A program made the position numbers and the translations under genes. Positions 63,480-64,000 of a stretch of DNA of 64,000 bases are shown here, one piece after another; position 1 is the stretch's first letter, and each line of letters begins with the position of its first letter. A model generated the notes under the pieces. That model did no database searches and was not told the origin of the DNA. It saw nothing but the letters and a program-made list of their open reading frames with translations. Origin of the DNA: Waterburya sp. (lineage in GTDB: Bacteria; Cyanobacteriota; Cyanobacteriia; Cyanobacteriales; Xenococcaceae); NCBI GenBank assembly GCA_965217895.1, contig CBDCJV010000002.1:2560001-2624000 (forward strand). Reading direction: 5' to 3'.

Positions 63480-63516
63480 ATCCAAAAAAAAGCAATTAAG
63501 CAATCAATAGGATGAA

Positions 63517-63912
63517 TTAAACCTCGTCCAGATGCTCTGCTACTTCTCGATAAAGATTGCCAATATGTGCATCTGCCAGGCTGTAATAAACATTACGGCC
63601 CTCACGGCGATGTTTAACCAAGCGCAGGTTTCGTAACAGACGTAACTGATGAGAGACAGCAGATTCACTCATCTTTACTACTGCTGCTAAGTCACAGACA
63701 CAAAGTTCAGCTTTGAATAGTGCAGAAAGAAGTTTCAGCCGATGGGGGTCTGCCATTGCGCCAAAAAATTGAGCCATTTGTTGTGCTTTTTCTGTGGTTA
63801 CAATTTGAGACTGCACTCGGCGTACTTGCTCTAAATGAACTAAAGAGGAATCACAAGTCGGTGCGTCGGACTCTGAGGAGGCTTGTTTTTTCGATTGGTC
63901 AACTTTACTCAT
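63517..63912 (-). CDS. ArsR/SmtB metal-sensing repressor (ZiaR/SmtB-like)
   Basis: ELCVCDLA, SESAVSHQLR, alpha5 ligands D.H...H..E, N-terminal C....VH. Confidence 0.93.
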   Translation of the reverse strand: MSKVDQSKKQASSESDAPTCDSSLVHLEQVRRVQSQIVTTEKAQQMAQFFGAMADPHRLKLLSALFKAELCVCDLAAVVKMSESAVSHQLRLLRNLRLVKHRREGRNVYYSLADAHIGNLYREVAEHLDEV

Positions 63913-64000
63913 TTTTCAGACTCTAAAACTTATCAGTCTAGTTATGCAGACAATAATAGGCTTTGCTGATTTGAAGTATCAAACTGCTAATAATACTGCT

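Overview
Cyanobacterial chromosomal DNA: frequent HIP1 octamers (GCGATCGC), cyanobacteria-type housekeeping genes, AT-rich; a Pleurocapsales-like host is a guess. The first ~9.9 kb is a decaying integrated conjugative/plasmid element. It holds a 5'-truncated SNF2 helicase-DUF3883 gene, a MOBF relaxase split by an IS982 and fused by deletion to a coupling-protein fragment, two nonsense-interrupted genes and a SRAP gene. From 10 kb onward most genes are housekeeping (glgA, FHA-PBP1, glmM, yvcK, cobW, transaldolase-like, ABC1 kinase, PP2C, aroK, argB, tsf, rpsB, rbp, ziaR/ziaA-like), interspersed with MITEs, REP-like palindromes and very short GC-rich mobile repeats, some nested several levels deep. 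The best candidate for an uncharacterised system is the six-gene accessory cluster at 25.7-36.8 kb: a divergent tubulin/FtsZ-like GTPase, a ~1080-aa actin/Hsp70-fold ATPase, a 4-TM protein, a vWA lipoprotein, a coiled-coil/TM/SPOR-like protein, and two proteins carrying four copies of an unnamed ~120-aa domain. About 1 kb further on, a Rab-like small GTPase is paired with a longin-like/TM/BON/OmpA trans-envelope protein. Other oddities are a receiver-HlyD fusion and a CBM2-CBM2-expansin. I saw no rRNA, tRNA or CRISPR array. All family calls come from motif recognition by eye; no searches were run.
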